DNA of 64,000 bases from an uncultured Gammaproteobacteria bacterium (GTDB lineage Bacteria; Pseudomonadota; Gammaproteobacteria; DRLM01). A program made the translations under genes and the position numbers. The first letter of the stretch is position 1, and the number at the start of each line of letters is the position of its first letter. The notes under the pieces were generated by a model. The model was given only the letters and a program-made list of their open reading frames with translations, was not told the origin of the DNA and searched no databases. Below are positions 11,065-22,021 of this stretch, piece by piece. The stretch covers positions 18,750 to 82,749 of the forward strand of contig CAMYKQ010000038.1 in assembly GCA_947259075.1 (NCBI GenBank), read 5' to 3'.

Positions 11065-11372
11065 ATCCGTGCTGTGTGCTGTCGTTGCAACGGAGCGTCT
11101 CCGCCTGGGTTGTTTGCTGCACCTGTCTTTGGGTCTTGAACGGGCGTACCTTTTTAGCGGTCTGGCGAGGGAAAACTTAATCGCAATGCGCCGTATGCAC
11201 CGCGCTGGCCAGCTTAATTACCTACTTATTTGCTTGGTTTGCAGCGGGGCTGGAATTATGGCAAAAAGGCGGCACGCTTGCCCTTGGTCCGGGAGCTCAG
11301 GTTTGATGGCGCGGGGCCGATGTGTTCAGTGAACTTAGGCGGTGACGCGAGGATGGCTGGGAGGCGAAGGGC

Positions 11373-13019
11373 ATGGATGCGGACGAGGTAGCAAAACGCT
11401 TACAGCACTTGCGGGAACAATACACCAGCGAGTTGCCCGGCAAGTTCGAGGCCATTCGCGCGGCCTGGGAGCGGCTTGAGGCGGCTTGGGGAGCGGAAAA
11501 TTTAAAAACGATCATCCGGCTCAGCCACAATCTGGCCGGTTCGGGGGCGACCTTCGGATTCCCTTTGTTGAGTGCCGCCGCGCGGGATTTGGAAAACCGT
11601 TTGCGTCAATGCGAGGGCGCGGCCGCGCCCTCCGCCGCGGAGCTCGATGCCTTGCGGGCCGCTGTGCGGGCATTGATCGCGGCGGGCGGGGCGGGCATGG
11701 AGCAAGCGGCAGCCAAGCCGCTGGTCTTGCGCGCCAAGAGCCCGTTCCAGGCCACCGGGGAAAACCGCTTTATTTATATCGTCGATGACGATACGGCCAC
11801 GGCGGAACAATTGGCCCTCCAGCTGCGCCGCTATGGCTACGAGATCGACGTGTTTTCCTCGCCCGCCGCGGCGCTGGCCGCCGTGGCGGCCAAGCCGCCC
11901 GCGGCCGTGCTCATGGACATCATCTTCCCTGAAGGGCGCTTGGCGGGCGTGGAAGTGGTGGCCGCGATACAGCGCGCCCGTCAGCATCCCTTGCCGGTTA
12001 TGTTTATGTCCTCCCGCGATGATTTAGAGGCCCGCTTGCACGCCGTGCGTAACGGCGGTATCGCCTATTTGACCAAGCCGGTTGATGCGGGCGCGCTGGT
12101 GGATAAATTGGATGATTTGCTGGCGCCGTCGCCCACGGAGCATTACCGGGTGTTGGTGGTCGATGATTCACCCCAGCTGGCCGCCTATTACGCTGAGATT
12201 CTGCGTGATGCGGGCATGGAGGTGGAGGCGGTATCGGATACTACCGCCATCATCGACTTGCTCAAACAATTCCGCCCCGATCTCATCCTGCTCGATCTGT
12301 ATATGCCCGGTTGCGATGGGCTGGAGCTGGCGGCGGTGATCCGGCAGCAGGAGGAGTGGGTGAGTACCGCCATCGTATTCTTATCGGCGGAAACCGATCT
12401 CGATATTCAGATGGATGCCTTGCGCCGGGGCGGGGATGATTTTCTGATTAAGCCGGTGGAGCCGCATCATTTGGCGGCGGCGGTGACGGCGCATGTGCGC
12501 CGCGCGCGGGAATTGCGCTCATATATGGTGCGCGACGGCCTCACCGGCTTGCTCAATCACAGCGCTATAAAAGAACAATTAGGGTTAGAGCTGGCGCGCT
12601 GTCTGCGCGAAAACCGTCCCCTGTCTTTCGCCATGCTGGATATCGACCATTTCAAACAGGTCAATGACCGTTATGGCCATGCCGCCGGTGACCGGGTTAT
12701 CACGAATCTATCCCGCCTGCTGCGCGACCGGCTGCGGGCCTCCGATATGGTGGGCCGTTACGGCGGTGAGGAATTCGCGATGGTGTTGATAGGCGCCGGC
12801 GCGGAGGATGCCAGGCGCCTGCTCGAGGCCATTCGTGAGGATTTCGCCGCGATGCGGCACGCGAGTGAGCAGGGTGAGTTCAGCGTTAGTTTCAGCGCCG
12901 GTATCGCGGCCTTTGCGGGGCATGCCGATGCCGCGGACCTCAATGAATGCGCTGACAAGGCCTTGTACGAGGCCAAGCGGGCCGGACGTAACCGCATCAT
13001 AGTGGCCGGCGTATCCTGA
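11373..13019 (+). CDS. Hpt-REC-REC-GGDEF response regulator / diguanylate cyclase.
   Basis: Hpt motif SHNLAGSGATFGF. Two receiver domains (VLMDIIFP, ILLDLYMPG). RxxD I-site followed by RYGGEEFAMVL. Confidence 0.85.
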   Translation: MDADEVAKRLQHLREQYTSELPGKFEAIRAAWERLEAAWGAENLKTIIRLSHNLAGSGATFGFPLLSAAARDLENRLRQCEGAAAPSAAELDALRAAVRALIAAGGAGMEQAAAKPLVLRAKSPFQATGENRFIYIVDDDTATAEQLALQLRRYGYEIDVFSSPAAALAAVAAKPPAAVLMDIIFPEGRLAGVEVVAAIQRARQHPLPVMFMSSRDDLEARLHAVRNGGIAYLTKPVDAGALVDKLDDLLAPSPTEHYRVLVVDDSPQLAAYYAEILRDAGMEVEAVSDTTAIIDLLKQFRPDLILLDLYMPGCDGLELAAVIRQQEEWVSTAIVFLSAETDLDIQMDALRRGGDDFLIKPVEPHHLAAAVTAHVRRARELRSYMVRDGLTGLLNHSAIKEQLGLELARCLRENRPLSFAMLDIDHFKQVNDRYGHAAGDRVITNLSRLLRDRLRASDMVGRYGGEEFAMVLIGAGAEDARRLLEAIREDFAAMRHASEQGEFSVSFSAGIAAFAGHADAADLNECADKALYEAKRAGRNRIIVAGVS

Positions 13020-13088
13020 TCTTCCCTTCGCTTTTTCCCCCCGCCGCAAGCGTGTAATATTGAACCCTTTCCTTAAGGGGGTGCGGAT

Positions 13089-13634
13089 TTGGAGCAATTT
13101 CGAGGTACGACCATTCTGGCGGTGCGCCGCGGGGCGAAGGTGGCGATCGGCGGCGATGGCCAAGTGTCCTTGGGTAACACCGTGATGAAGGGCAACGCCC
13201 GCAAGGTGCGCCGCCTCTACGGCGAGCGCGTCATCGCCGGTTTCGCCGGCGGCACCGCCGACGCCTTCACTCTGTTCGAGCGCTTCGAAGGCAAGCTGGA
13301 GAAGCACTCCGGCAACTTGGTGCGCTCCGCGGTGGAGCTGGCCAAGGATTGGCGCACCGACCGCATGCTGCGGCGGCTGGAGGCCATGCTGATCGTGGCG
13401 GATCAACACAGCTCGCTGCTCATCTCCGGTAATGGCGACGTCATCGAGCCCGAACACGATCTCGCCGCCATCGGCTCCGGCGGTCCCTACGCGCAGTCGG
13501 CGGCGCGGGCGCTGATGCTGCACACCGACTTGGATGCGCGCGCGGTCGTCGAGCAGGCCTTGTCCATCGCCGCCGATATTTGCGTGTACACCAACCACAA
13601 CCTCACCATCGAGGAATTGGACGCGGCGCAGTGA
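13089..13634 (+). CDS. hslV: ATP-dependent protease subunit HslV (TTG start with a 6-aa N-terminal extension before the catalytic Thr).
   Basis: TTILAVRRG...[24 protein letters not shown]...[14 protein letters not shown] is near-identical to E. coli HslV. Confidence 0.9.
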   Translation: MEQFRGTTILAVRRGAKVAIGGDGQVSLGNTVMKGNARKVRRLYGERVIAGFAGGTADAFTLFERFEGKLEKHSGNLVRSAVELAKDWRTDRMLRRLEAMLIVADQHSSLLISGNGDVIEPEHDLAAIGSGGPYAQSAARALMLHTDLDARAVVEQALSIAADICVYTNHNLTIEELDAAQ

Positions 13635-13684
13635 GCGTCAGCGTGACTCTTCCAATAACGGCCCCCGGCGATCGAGAAGACCAG

Positions 13685-15016
<1,332 letters not shown>

Positions 15017-15104
15017 AAGGTGGTGAACGGCAATTTTAAAATTAGCTTAACCGGGAAACATACAACGCCTTACTCACCGTCCTCCGCCCGTAATCGAGAA
15101 CGTT

Positions 15105-15488
15105 ATGCCCCAGCAAAAATCCCGTCCCACTGATATTCGCCTTCACCGCGTTAGCCGCGTCTTGGAGGTCAGCTTCGACGATGGCAGTCATTACAAATTG
15201 CCCTGCGAATACCTGCGCGTGTATTCGCCCTCGGCCGAAGTGCGTGGTCACGGCCCCGGTCAGGAGGTGTTGCAGGTGGGCAAGGAGAATGTCAACATCA
15301 CCGCCATTGAGCCGACAGGGCATTATGCGGTGAAAATCTTTTTCGACGATGGCCATAGCTCTGGAATCTATACCTGGGATTTGCTGCACAATCTCGGCGA
15401 ACATCAGGCGGCGCTGTGGCAGGATTATTTGGATGCCCTGGCCAAGGCCGGCCATCAGCGCACACCCCCTTCAACAACGGCGCAATAG
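15105..15488 (+). CDS. DUF971 (gamma-butyrobetaine hydroxylase-like N-terminal domain) protein.
   Basis: [21 protein letters not shown] motif. Its stop codon abuts the ubiE ATG. Confidence 0.6.
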   Translation: MPQQKSRPTDIRLHRVSRVLEVSFDDGSHYKLPCEYLRVYSPSAEVRGHGPGQEVLQVGKENVNITAIEPTGHYAVKIFFDDGHSSGIYTWDLLHNLGEHQAALWQDYLDALAKAGHQRTPPSTTAQ

Positions 15489-16242
15489 CATGACTGATCG
15501 TGACTCCTCCGGCTCCACTCACTTCGGCTACCAGCGCGTGGCCGCGGAAGACAAAGCGCGTTTGGTGGCGGGTGTCTTCGATTCGGTGGCCGGTAAATAC
15601 GACCTGATGAATGATCTGATGTCGCTCGGCGTGCATCGCCTGTGGAAGCGCTTCACCCTTGAGCTCAGCGGCGTGAGCGCGGGACAGCGGGTGTTGGACG
15701 TGGCCTCGGGCACGGGTGATCTCGCCGCCGCCTTCGCCGGACGCGTGGGCGCCGAAGGCAGGGTGATCTCCACCGATATCAACAACGCCATGCTCAGCCG
15801 CGGCCGTGACGCGATCATCGAGCGCGGCATCGCCGGCAACGTCGATTACGCTCAAGCCAATGCCGAAAGCCTGCCCTTCGCCGCCGCCAGTTTCGATTGC
15901 GTCAGCATCGCCTTCGGTCTGCGCAATGTCACTGACATTCCCGCCGCCCTCGCCTCGATGCATCGCGTGCTCAAACCCGGCGGGCGTTTGCTGGTGCTGG
16001 AATTTTCCAAGCCGCTGGCGCCGGTGCGGCCTTTATACGATGTGTATTCGAAAGTATTGCCCTGGCTGGGCAAGGCGGTGACCGGCGACGCCGACAGTTA
16101 CCGTTATCTGGTGGAGTCCATCCGCATGCACCCCGATCAAGCCACGCTGAAAAAAATGATGATCGCGGCCGGGTTCAGTCATTGTGATTTTTACAATTTG
16201 AGCGGCGGCATCGTCGCCCTGCACCGGGCCTATAAATTGTGA
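15489..16242 (+). CDS. ubiE: Ubiquinone/menaquinone biosynthesis C-methyltransferase UbiE.
   Basis: [34 protein letters not shown]...[12 protein letters not shown]. Confidence 0.9.
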
Positions 16243-16733
16243 TCCGCGGCGCGCAGGTCCAGTACGCCGGGTTTTGGCGGCGCGCCGCCGCCTCGCTGAT
16301 CGACACCTTGATTTTCGGATTGATAATCGGCGTGGCGTGGGCGCTGCTAGGCGTGAGTGGCGCACCGCAAACCGGCGCGGCGCCCGGACCGCAGCTCACC
16401 AACGCGGCCAGCATCCCGGTTCTGTTGGCGCAGAATTTATTGCCTGTACTGATCACGGTGTTCTTCTGGGTTAAATTTCTTGGCACGCCCGGCAAGCTCT
16501 TGCTGGGTTGCCAAGTGGTGGACGCGCGCAGCGGCGCGCGTTTAAACGTGGCGCAGGCGATCTTGCGTTATCTCGCCTATTTCGTCTCGGCCTTGCCGCT
16601 GGGTCTGGGTTTTTTGTGGGTCGCTTGGGATAAACGCAAACAAGGCTTCCACGATAAAATAGCCAAGACCGTGGTGGTGATGGAGGATGCGTCGCGCGCG
16701 CCGCTGCCGGATTTTGAAAAGGATTGGACGTGA
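16239..16733 (+). CDS. RDD-family membrane protein.
   Basis: [18 protein letters not shown]... is RDD-like. GTG start overlaps the ubiE stop (GTGA). Its stop overlaps the ubiJ start. Confidence 0.6.
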   Translation: MIRGAQVQYAGFWRRAAASLIDTLIFGLIIGVAWALLGVSGAPQTGAAPGPQLTNAASIPVLLAQNLLPVLITVFFWVKFLGTPGKLLLGCQVVDARSGARLNVAQAILRYLAYFVSALPLGLGFLWVAWDKRKQGFHDKIAKTVVVMEDASRAPLPDFEKDWT

Positions 16734-17356
16734 TTATTCCCTCGCTGTTGCTGGCCGGACTGGAAAGCGCCGTGAATCGTTATCTCGCGCTCGATCCCGC
16801 CACGCTGGCGCGCCTCGCGCCGCTCAGCGGCAAGGTCGTCGCCCTGGAATTGCGCGGTCTCAATCTCACTTTTTATATGGCGCCAAATGCGGGTGGCCTG
16901 CAATTGCTTGGTGATTACGCCGGGTTGCCCGACACCGTCATCAGCGGCGCGCCCTTCAGTCTGGCGCGCCTTGGCATTGCGCGCGGTGAGCGCGGCGCCT
17001 TGTTCAAAGGCGATGTGCAAGTGCGCGGTGATGTGGAAGCGGGTCAACGTTTCGAGGCGGTGCTGCGCGAGATCGACATCGATTGGGAAGAGCAGCTCTC
17101 GCGCCTGGTGGGCGATGTCGCGGCGCATCAAATGGGCGTGGCCTTGCGCGGCATGCGCGCCTGGGGCGCGCAAGGCTTGGATAATCTGGGGCGAGATGCC
17201 GCCGATTATCTGCAAGAGGAAAGCAGTCAGCTGCCGAGCCGTGAAGAGGTGAGTGAATTTCTCGCGGCGGTGGATGGCGTGCGGAGCGACGCCGATCGTC
17301 TCACGGCGCGGGTGAAGCGGATTGAGGCGTGGCTCGCGCCGCGTGACGCTTCATGA
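16724..17356 (+). CDS. ubiJ: Ubiquinone biosynthesis accessory factor UbiJ (SCP2 domain).
   Basis: [25 protein letters not shown]...LELRGLNLTFY matches UbiJ/YigP. TTG start. Confidence 0.75.
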   Translation: MDVIIPSLLLAGLESAVNRYLALDPATLARLAPLSGKVVALELRGLNLTFYMAPNAGGLQLLGDYAGLPDTVISGAPFSLARLGIARGERGALFKGDVQVRGDVEAGQRFEAVLREIDIDWEEQLSRLVGDVAAHQMGVALRGMRAWGAQGLDNLGRDAADYLQEESSQLPSREEVSEFLAAVDGVRSDADRLTARVKRIEAWLAPRDAS

Positions 17357-19059
17357 GTGTTGAACGGCGCGAGGAGCGCGGCGAAGGTTTTTTCATGCTG
17401 ATGTTTCATCCGCGGCAGTTGCTGCGGCTGTTGCACATTAATATCGTGCTGATGCGCAATGGTCTGGATGACATCGTGCTTGCCACGCATTTGTTCCGGC
17501 CGGTGCGCTTCGTGCGCTATTTTCTGCCGTGGCATTGGTTCCGCGGCGAGCAGCCGCCGCGCGGCGTGCGCATCCGCCGCGCGCTGGAAGAACTGGGGCC
17601 GATCTTCGTCAAGTTCGGGCAAATGCTCTCCACCCGCCGTGATTTGCTGGCGGACGATATCGCCGTGGAGCTCACTAAATTGCAAGATCGCGTGCCGCCG
17701 TTTCCCGGCGCGGAGTCGCGCGCCATCATCGAAAAGGCCTTGGGTAAACCGGTAGCTGAACTCTTCGCTTATTTCGAGGAGACGCCGCACGCCTCCGCCT
17801 CCATCGCCCAAGTGCATCTCGCGCGTTTGCATGACGGCCGCGAGGTGATCGTTAAAGTGGTGCGGCCGCACATCGGCAAAATCATCGGGCGCGACATCGG
17901 CTTGCTCTATGTGGTGGCCGGGCTCGCCGAACACTATTGGAGCGAGGGCCGGCGTTTGCGGCCGCGTGAAGTCGTGGCCGAATACGAAAAGACCATCAAC
18001 GACGAACTCGACCTGTTGCGCGAAGCGGCCAACGCCTCGCAGCTGCGGCGCAATTTTCAAGACTCGGACCTGCTCTACGTGCCCGAGATACATTGGCCGC
18101 TCAGCCGCCGCAATGTGATGGTGATGGAGCGCATTCACGGTACGCCCATCGGTGATATCGCCGCGCTCAAGGCGCAGAACATCGATCTCAAGCAGCTTTC
18201 CGAGCGCGGCGTGGAAATATTCTTCACCCAAGTGTTCCGCCACAGTTTTTTTCACGCCGATATGCACCCGGGTAATATTTTCGTCTCGCCACAGGGGCAA
18301 TACATCGCGGTGGATTTCGGCATCATGGGCACGCTCAATCCCGTGGATCAGCGTTATCTCGCGGAAAACTTCGTGGCCTTTTTCCGCCGCGATTACCGCC
18401 GTGTCGCCGAGCTGCACGTCTTGTCGGGCTGGGTGCCGGCGGGCACGCGGGTGGATGAATTCGAGGCGGCGATTCGCACCGTGTGCGAGCCGATCTTCGA
18501 ACGGCCGCTGAGTGAGATTTCCTTCGGTCAATTATTGTTGCGTCTGTTTCAAACCGCGCGGCGTTTCAATATGGAAGTGCAGCCGCAATTGGTGCTATTG
18601 CAAAAAACCCTGCTCAATATTGAAGGCCTGGGCCGCGATCTCTATCCCGAACTGGATTTGTGGCAGACCGCTAAGCCGTTTCTCGAGCGCTGGATGAGTG
18701 AGCAAGTCGGACCGCGCGCGTTTTTAAACGGCATCAAGGAAAACGCGCCGCGCTGGGCCGAGCGTCTGCCCGAAATCCCAGCCCTCTTGTTTGATGTCTT
18801 GCACCGTGTTGAGAACGGCCAGCTCAAAGTGAAAAGCGACAGCGCAGAATTGCACGAACTGCATCGTAGTTTGCGTCAAGGCCAGCAGCAGTTATACGTG
18901 GCCATTGTCGGCGCCGCATTGCTCATCGCCGCCGCGGTCATCCTCGGTCTCGACGGCTACGCGCCAGTGATGGCGGGTAACGCCCCCTTACTCTCTTGGG
19001 TATTGGGTGGCTTGGGCGGCGCGCTGTTGTTGCTGGCTTGGCCGGGGCGGCGGAATTGA
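17353..19059 (+). CDS. ubiB: Ubiquinone biosynthesis regulatory protein kinase UbiB.
   Basis: ATGA overlap with ubiJ. ABC1/UbiB kinase motifs (ASIAQVH, HADMHPGNIF, DFG). C-terminal TM helices. Confidence 0.9.
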   Translation: MSVERREERGEGFFMLMFHPRQLLRLLHINIVLMRNGLDDIVLATHLFRPVRFVRYFLPWHWFRGEQPPRGVRIRRALEELGPIFVKFGQMLSTRRDLLADDIAVELTKLQDRVPPFPGAESRAIIEKALGKPVAELFAYFEETPHASASIAQVHLARLHDGREVIVKVVRPHIGKIIGRDIGLLYVVAGLAEHYWSEGRRLRPREVVAEYEKTINDELDLLREAANASQLRRNFQDSDLLYVPEIHWPLSRRNVMVMERIHGTPIGDIAALKAQNIDLKQLSERGVEIFFTQVFRHSFFHADMHPGNIFVSPQGQYIAVDFGIMGTLNPVDQRYLAENFVAFFRRDYRRVAELHVLSGWVPAGTRVDEFEAAIRTVCEPIFERPLSEISFGQLLLRLFQTARRFNMEVQPQLVLLQKTLLNIEGLGRDLYPELDLWQTAKPFLERWMSEQVGPRAFLNGIKENAPRWAERLPEIPALLFDVLHRVENGQLKVKSDSAELHELHRSLRQGQQQLYVAIVGAALLIAAAVILGLDGYAPVMAGNAPLLSWVLGGLGGALLLLAWPGRRN

Positions 19060-19255
19060 TGTAGAAGGCGTGTCGTTTATTCGCGGCGGCAGCCGGGTTG
19101 GCTTTTTGCTTCTCTTAGGGTGCTCCGAGGAACTCAAGCCATCGCCACTCTGAAGGCGGGCATTCAATCCACGCCCCAATCGCAAGCGATGATGATTTTT
19201 CTTTCAATGCCGCTTGCTGCCCAGAAGCAGCCGGTCATCACTGGGTGTATATGTC

Positions 19256-19520
19256 CTAACAGGGCGCAGATCTCCTCGCCATTAACTGTTTAGTAATTGC
19301 GGCTAACGGATGGCTGGCTGCTGTTTTATCCAGCCCGTGATAACGCGCCTTGTTACAACCAAAGCGGCGTTTGGTGTGAGAGAATGCGTGTTTGACCTTG
19401 GCGCGCACGCTGGCTTTGATTCGCCCGGCTTGAGAGTGTGGCTGGCGTCTGGTAAATCGCCTGCTTGCCAGGGTGCGAGGTGACAGGTCAGTCCGCCTTG
19501 CGTTTGCGATGTTCTTTCCG
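19256..19520 (-). pseudogene. Remnant of an IS5-family transposase (C-terminal ~80 aa only).
   Basis: The translation RIKASVRAKVKHAFSHTKRRFGCNKARYHGLDKTAASHPLAAITKQLMARR matches the conserved IS5 C-terminus (...RAKVEHVFG..K..FG..KVRYRGL.KN..L..L.NLYMARR). There is no intact DDE N-terminal region. It sits in an 824-bp non-coding gap. Confidence 0.55.
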
Positions 19521-19883
19521 CTGTTGAATGTCCAGATAGTCTGCGTCACCTCACATCCCCTGATCTTAGCCATGCAATACTTTCCCGGCCATGGTGAGAT
19601 CTGTAGTTCGAGAGCGCATCGCCCATTACAGGATTGCCCGGGTTGTAGCCGAGCCGCAAGCAGTGAACACGAATTTTGATAGATTTGATACATGTTTTGC
19701 GGCGGCCACTGGAGCTGCCGGGCCGCGGCTGACCCGTGCGGAAACATCATGCTTTTATTTCACGGGTTTTCCGCCGTCATTACCAAGTTATGCGGGCGTT
19801 AATATCCCGGCATGAATTTACCCGTGGCCAATCGGCGGGCGATGTTATAATCAGCGAAAATTTATTGTATTTAAGGGCATATT

Positions 19884-21233
19884 ATGGAGCAGGAAAAACC
19901 TGAAAAGACCTCGGAGGCGCCTTTAGAGAAAGTCTTCGGCCGCATCATCAGTCCGTTCGAAGAGTTTATTCATAAGGAGACCACGAGCGGCATCTTGCTG
20001 ATGATTTGCGCCATCGCCGCGCTGATTATGGCCAATACGGCCTTGCAGCACAGCTATGAACATGTTCTGCACTTGCCGCTGTCGTTTGCCATCGGTGATT
20101 GGGTGTTGGAAAAGACCCTGCATCATTGGATCAATGACGGTTTGATGGCCTTGTTCTTTTTTGTCGTCGGTTTGGAAATTAAGCGCGAAATTTTAGTGGG
20201 GGAGCTGGCGGATATTCGCCAGGCGAGCTTGCCCATCATGGCGGCGATCGGCGGCATGGTGGTGCCCGCCGGCTTCTATGTCGCGATTAACCTTGGTGAG
20301 CCCTCCATCTCCGGCTGGGGCATACCCATGGCGACGGATATCGCCTTCGCCGTCGGTGCCATGGTGCTCTTGGGCAAGCGCGTGCCCAAGACCCTGCTCA
20401 CCTTTCTAGTGGCCTTGGCCATCGTCGATGACTTGGGCGGCGTCTTGGTCATTGCCTTGTTCTACACCGAGCAGATTCACTTCAACTTTTTGGGCATGGC
20501 CGCGTTTTTATTTCTGGTGCTGGTGGGCTGTAACTTGGCCGGAATACGCAATCCCGCGGTCTATCTTGTCTTCGGCTTATTGCTGTGGCTGGCGATGTTG
20601 AAATCCGGTGTTCACGCGACGCTGGCGGGCGTGCTGACGGCATTAACCATTCCAGCGCGCTCTAAATATGAACCGCTCCAATTCAGCCGCAAAGTGCGCG
20701 CCTTGCTGGACCGTTTTGATGCCAGCCACAAACCAGGGCGCGGAATTTTGCGGAATGCGGAGCAGCACTCGATACTGCAAACCTTGGAGAACGGTGTTCA
20801 CTTGGTGGAGACGCCTTTGCAGCGCCTGGAACGTGGCATGCATTTGCCCGTGGCATTTCTCATCATCCCCATCTTCGCCCTGGCCAATGCCGGCATTCCC
20901 TTGGAGCTGAGTTCCTTGGGTGAAGTCTTCTCGCATCCCGTTACCGCTGGCGTCATGGCCGGTTTGATCGCGGGTAAGTTTATCGGCATCAGTCTGTTCT
21001 CCTGGCTGGCGATCAAGTCCGGCATCAGCCGCTTGCCGCAGGGTGTGCGCTTTAGCCAGATCGGCGGTGTGGCCTTGCTGGCGGGTATCGGTTTTACCAT
21101 GTCGATCTTCATCGCCGAATTGGCCTTCAGCCAAGAGCCGCAGCAATTGCTGCTGGCCAAAACCGGCATCCTCTTCGCCTCCTTGATTGCCGGCGTCGGC
21201 GGTTATATCTGGTTGCGTTTAGTGTCGCGGTAA
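19884..21233 (+). CDS. nhaA: Na+/H+ antiporter NhaA.
   Basis: Full-length polytopic membrane protein with an NhaA-like N-terminus (TTSGILLMICAIAALIMANT) and conserved GMVVPA / DDLG segments. Confidence 0.85.
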   Translation: MEQEKPEKTSEAPLEKVFGRIISPFEEFIHKETTSGILLMICAIAALIMANTALQHSYEHVLHLPLSFAIGDWVLEKTLHHWINDGLMALFFFVVGLEIKREILVGELADIRQASLPIMAAIGGMVVPAGFYVAINLGEPSISGWGIPMATDIAFAVGAMVLLGKRVPKTLLTFLVALAIVDDLGGVLVIALFYTEQIHFNFLGMAAFLFLVLVGCNLAGIRNPAVYLVFGLLLWLAMLKSGVHATLAGVLTALTIPARSKYEPLQFSRKVRALLDRFDASHKPGRGILRNAEQHSILQTLENGVHLVETPLQRLERGMHLPVAFLIIPIFALANAGIPLELSSLGEVFSHPVTAGVMAGLIAGKFIGISLFSWLAIKSGISRLPQGVRFSQIGGVALLAGIGFTMSIFIAELAFSQEPQQLLLAKTGILFASLIAGVGGYIWLRLVSR

Positions 21234-21333
21234 CAGATGGGTTTTGAAAAATCTAAGTGGTCATTTGCGCGGCGCGTGGCCCCGTGTGGTATGGGGCCGT
21301 GTTTGGAGCGCGAGGTTTGATTTTCACGGCCGT

Positions 21334-21675
21334 TTAGGCTTTTTTGACAAATTCCGATTTTAACTTCATGGCGCCAATGCCGTCGATTTTGCAATCAATG
21401 TCGTGATCGCCGTCCACGAGGCGAATGTTTTTCACCTTCGTTCCCACCTTCACCACGGATGATGAGCCTTTGATCTTCAGGTCTTTGATGACGGTGATGG
21501 TATCGCCGTCGGCGAGCACATTGCCGTAGGCGTCTTTGAAAACGCGCGTAGTCTCGCCGCTCTTGGCCGCCGCGTCTTTTGCCCATTCGTGGGCGCATTC
21601 AGGGCAGATGTATAGTTCGCCGTCTTCGTAACTGAACGCCGAGCCGCAGGCCGGGCAGTTGGGTAAATCGCTCAT
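21334..21675 (-). CDS. phnA: PhnA-domain zinc-ribbon protein (YjdC-like).
   Basis: [25 protein letters not shown]...[50 protein letters not shown] is near-identical in pattern to E. coli PhnA/YjdC. Confidence 0.85.
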   Translation of the reverse strand: MSDLPNCPACGSAFSYEDGELYICPECAHEWAKDAAAKSGETTRVFKDAYGNVLADGDTITVIKDLKIKGSSSVVKVGTKVKNIRLVDGDHDIDCKIDGIGAMKLKSEFVKKA

Positions 21676-22021
21676 TCTCTATCCTATATCCGAGTTGCTT
21701 GGCTTGGTGTAATGCGTGATGACGCATAATGCAGCGCACACGCTACCATATATTTACCCGCTTGATGAATCCCTCCCATGCCCAGTTTCGTTTGTCGCCT
21801 AGGGCGCCAGTCATCGTCAGCCACGGCCCGCCAAACTCAGGCTCAAGTAACGGCGGTTTTTGCCGCTGTAGGCAAGGACACGGCGGCTTATCTCGTCGAA
21901 GGATAGCCGTATGACTGCCGAAATATGAGGGCGGGACGGTCGGCGCGCCAAGCTTATACCGGTCAAGTAATAGACGGCAACGATAACTGGCGCGGAAGGT
22001 TTAAAGATAAGTATCAGGGAA

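Noticed and set aside
11240-11270. tggcaaaaaggcggcacgcttgc considered as a sigma54 promoter for the Hpt-REC-GGDEF gene.
   Set aside because: The GG-to-GC spacing does not fit the -24/-12 geometry.
19256-19750. Treating the whole 164-aa minus ORF as an intact transposase.
   Set aside because: Only the C-terminal ~80 aa resemble IS5 transposases. The upstream part has no DDE-domain similarity, so it is called a remnant.
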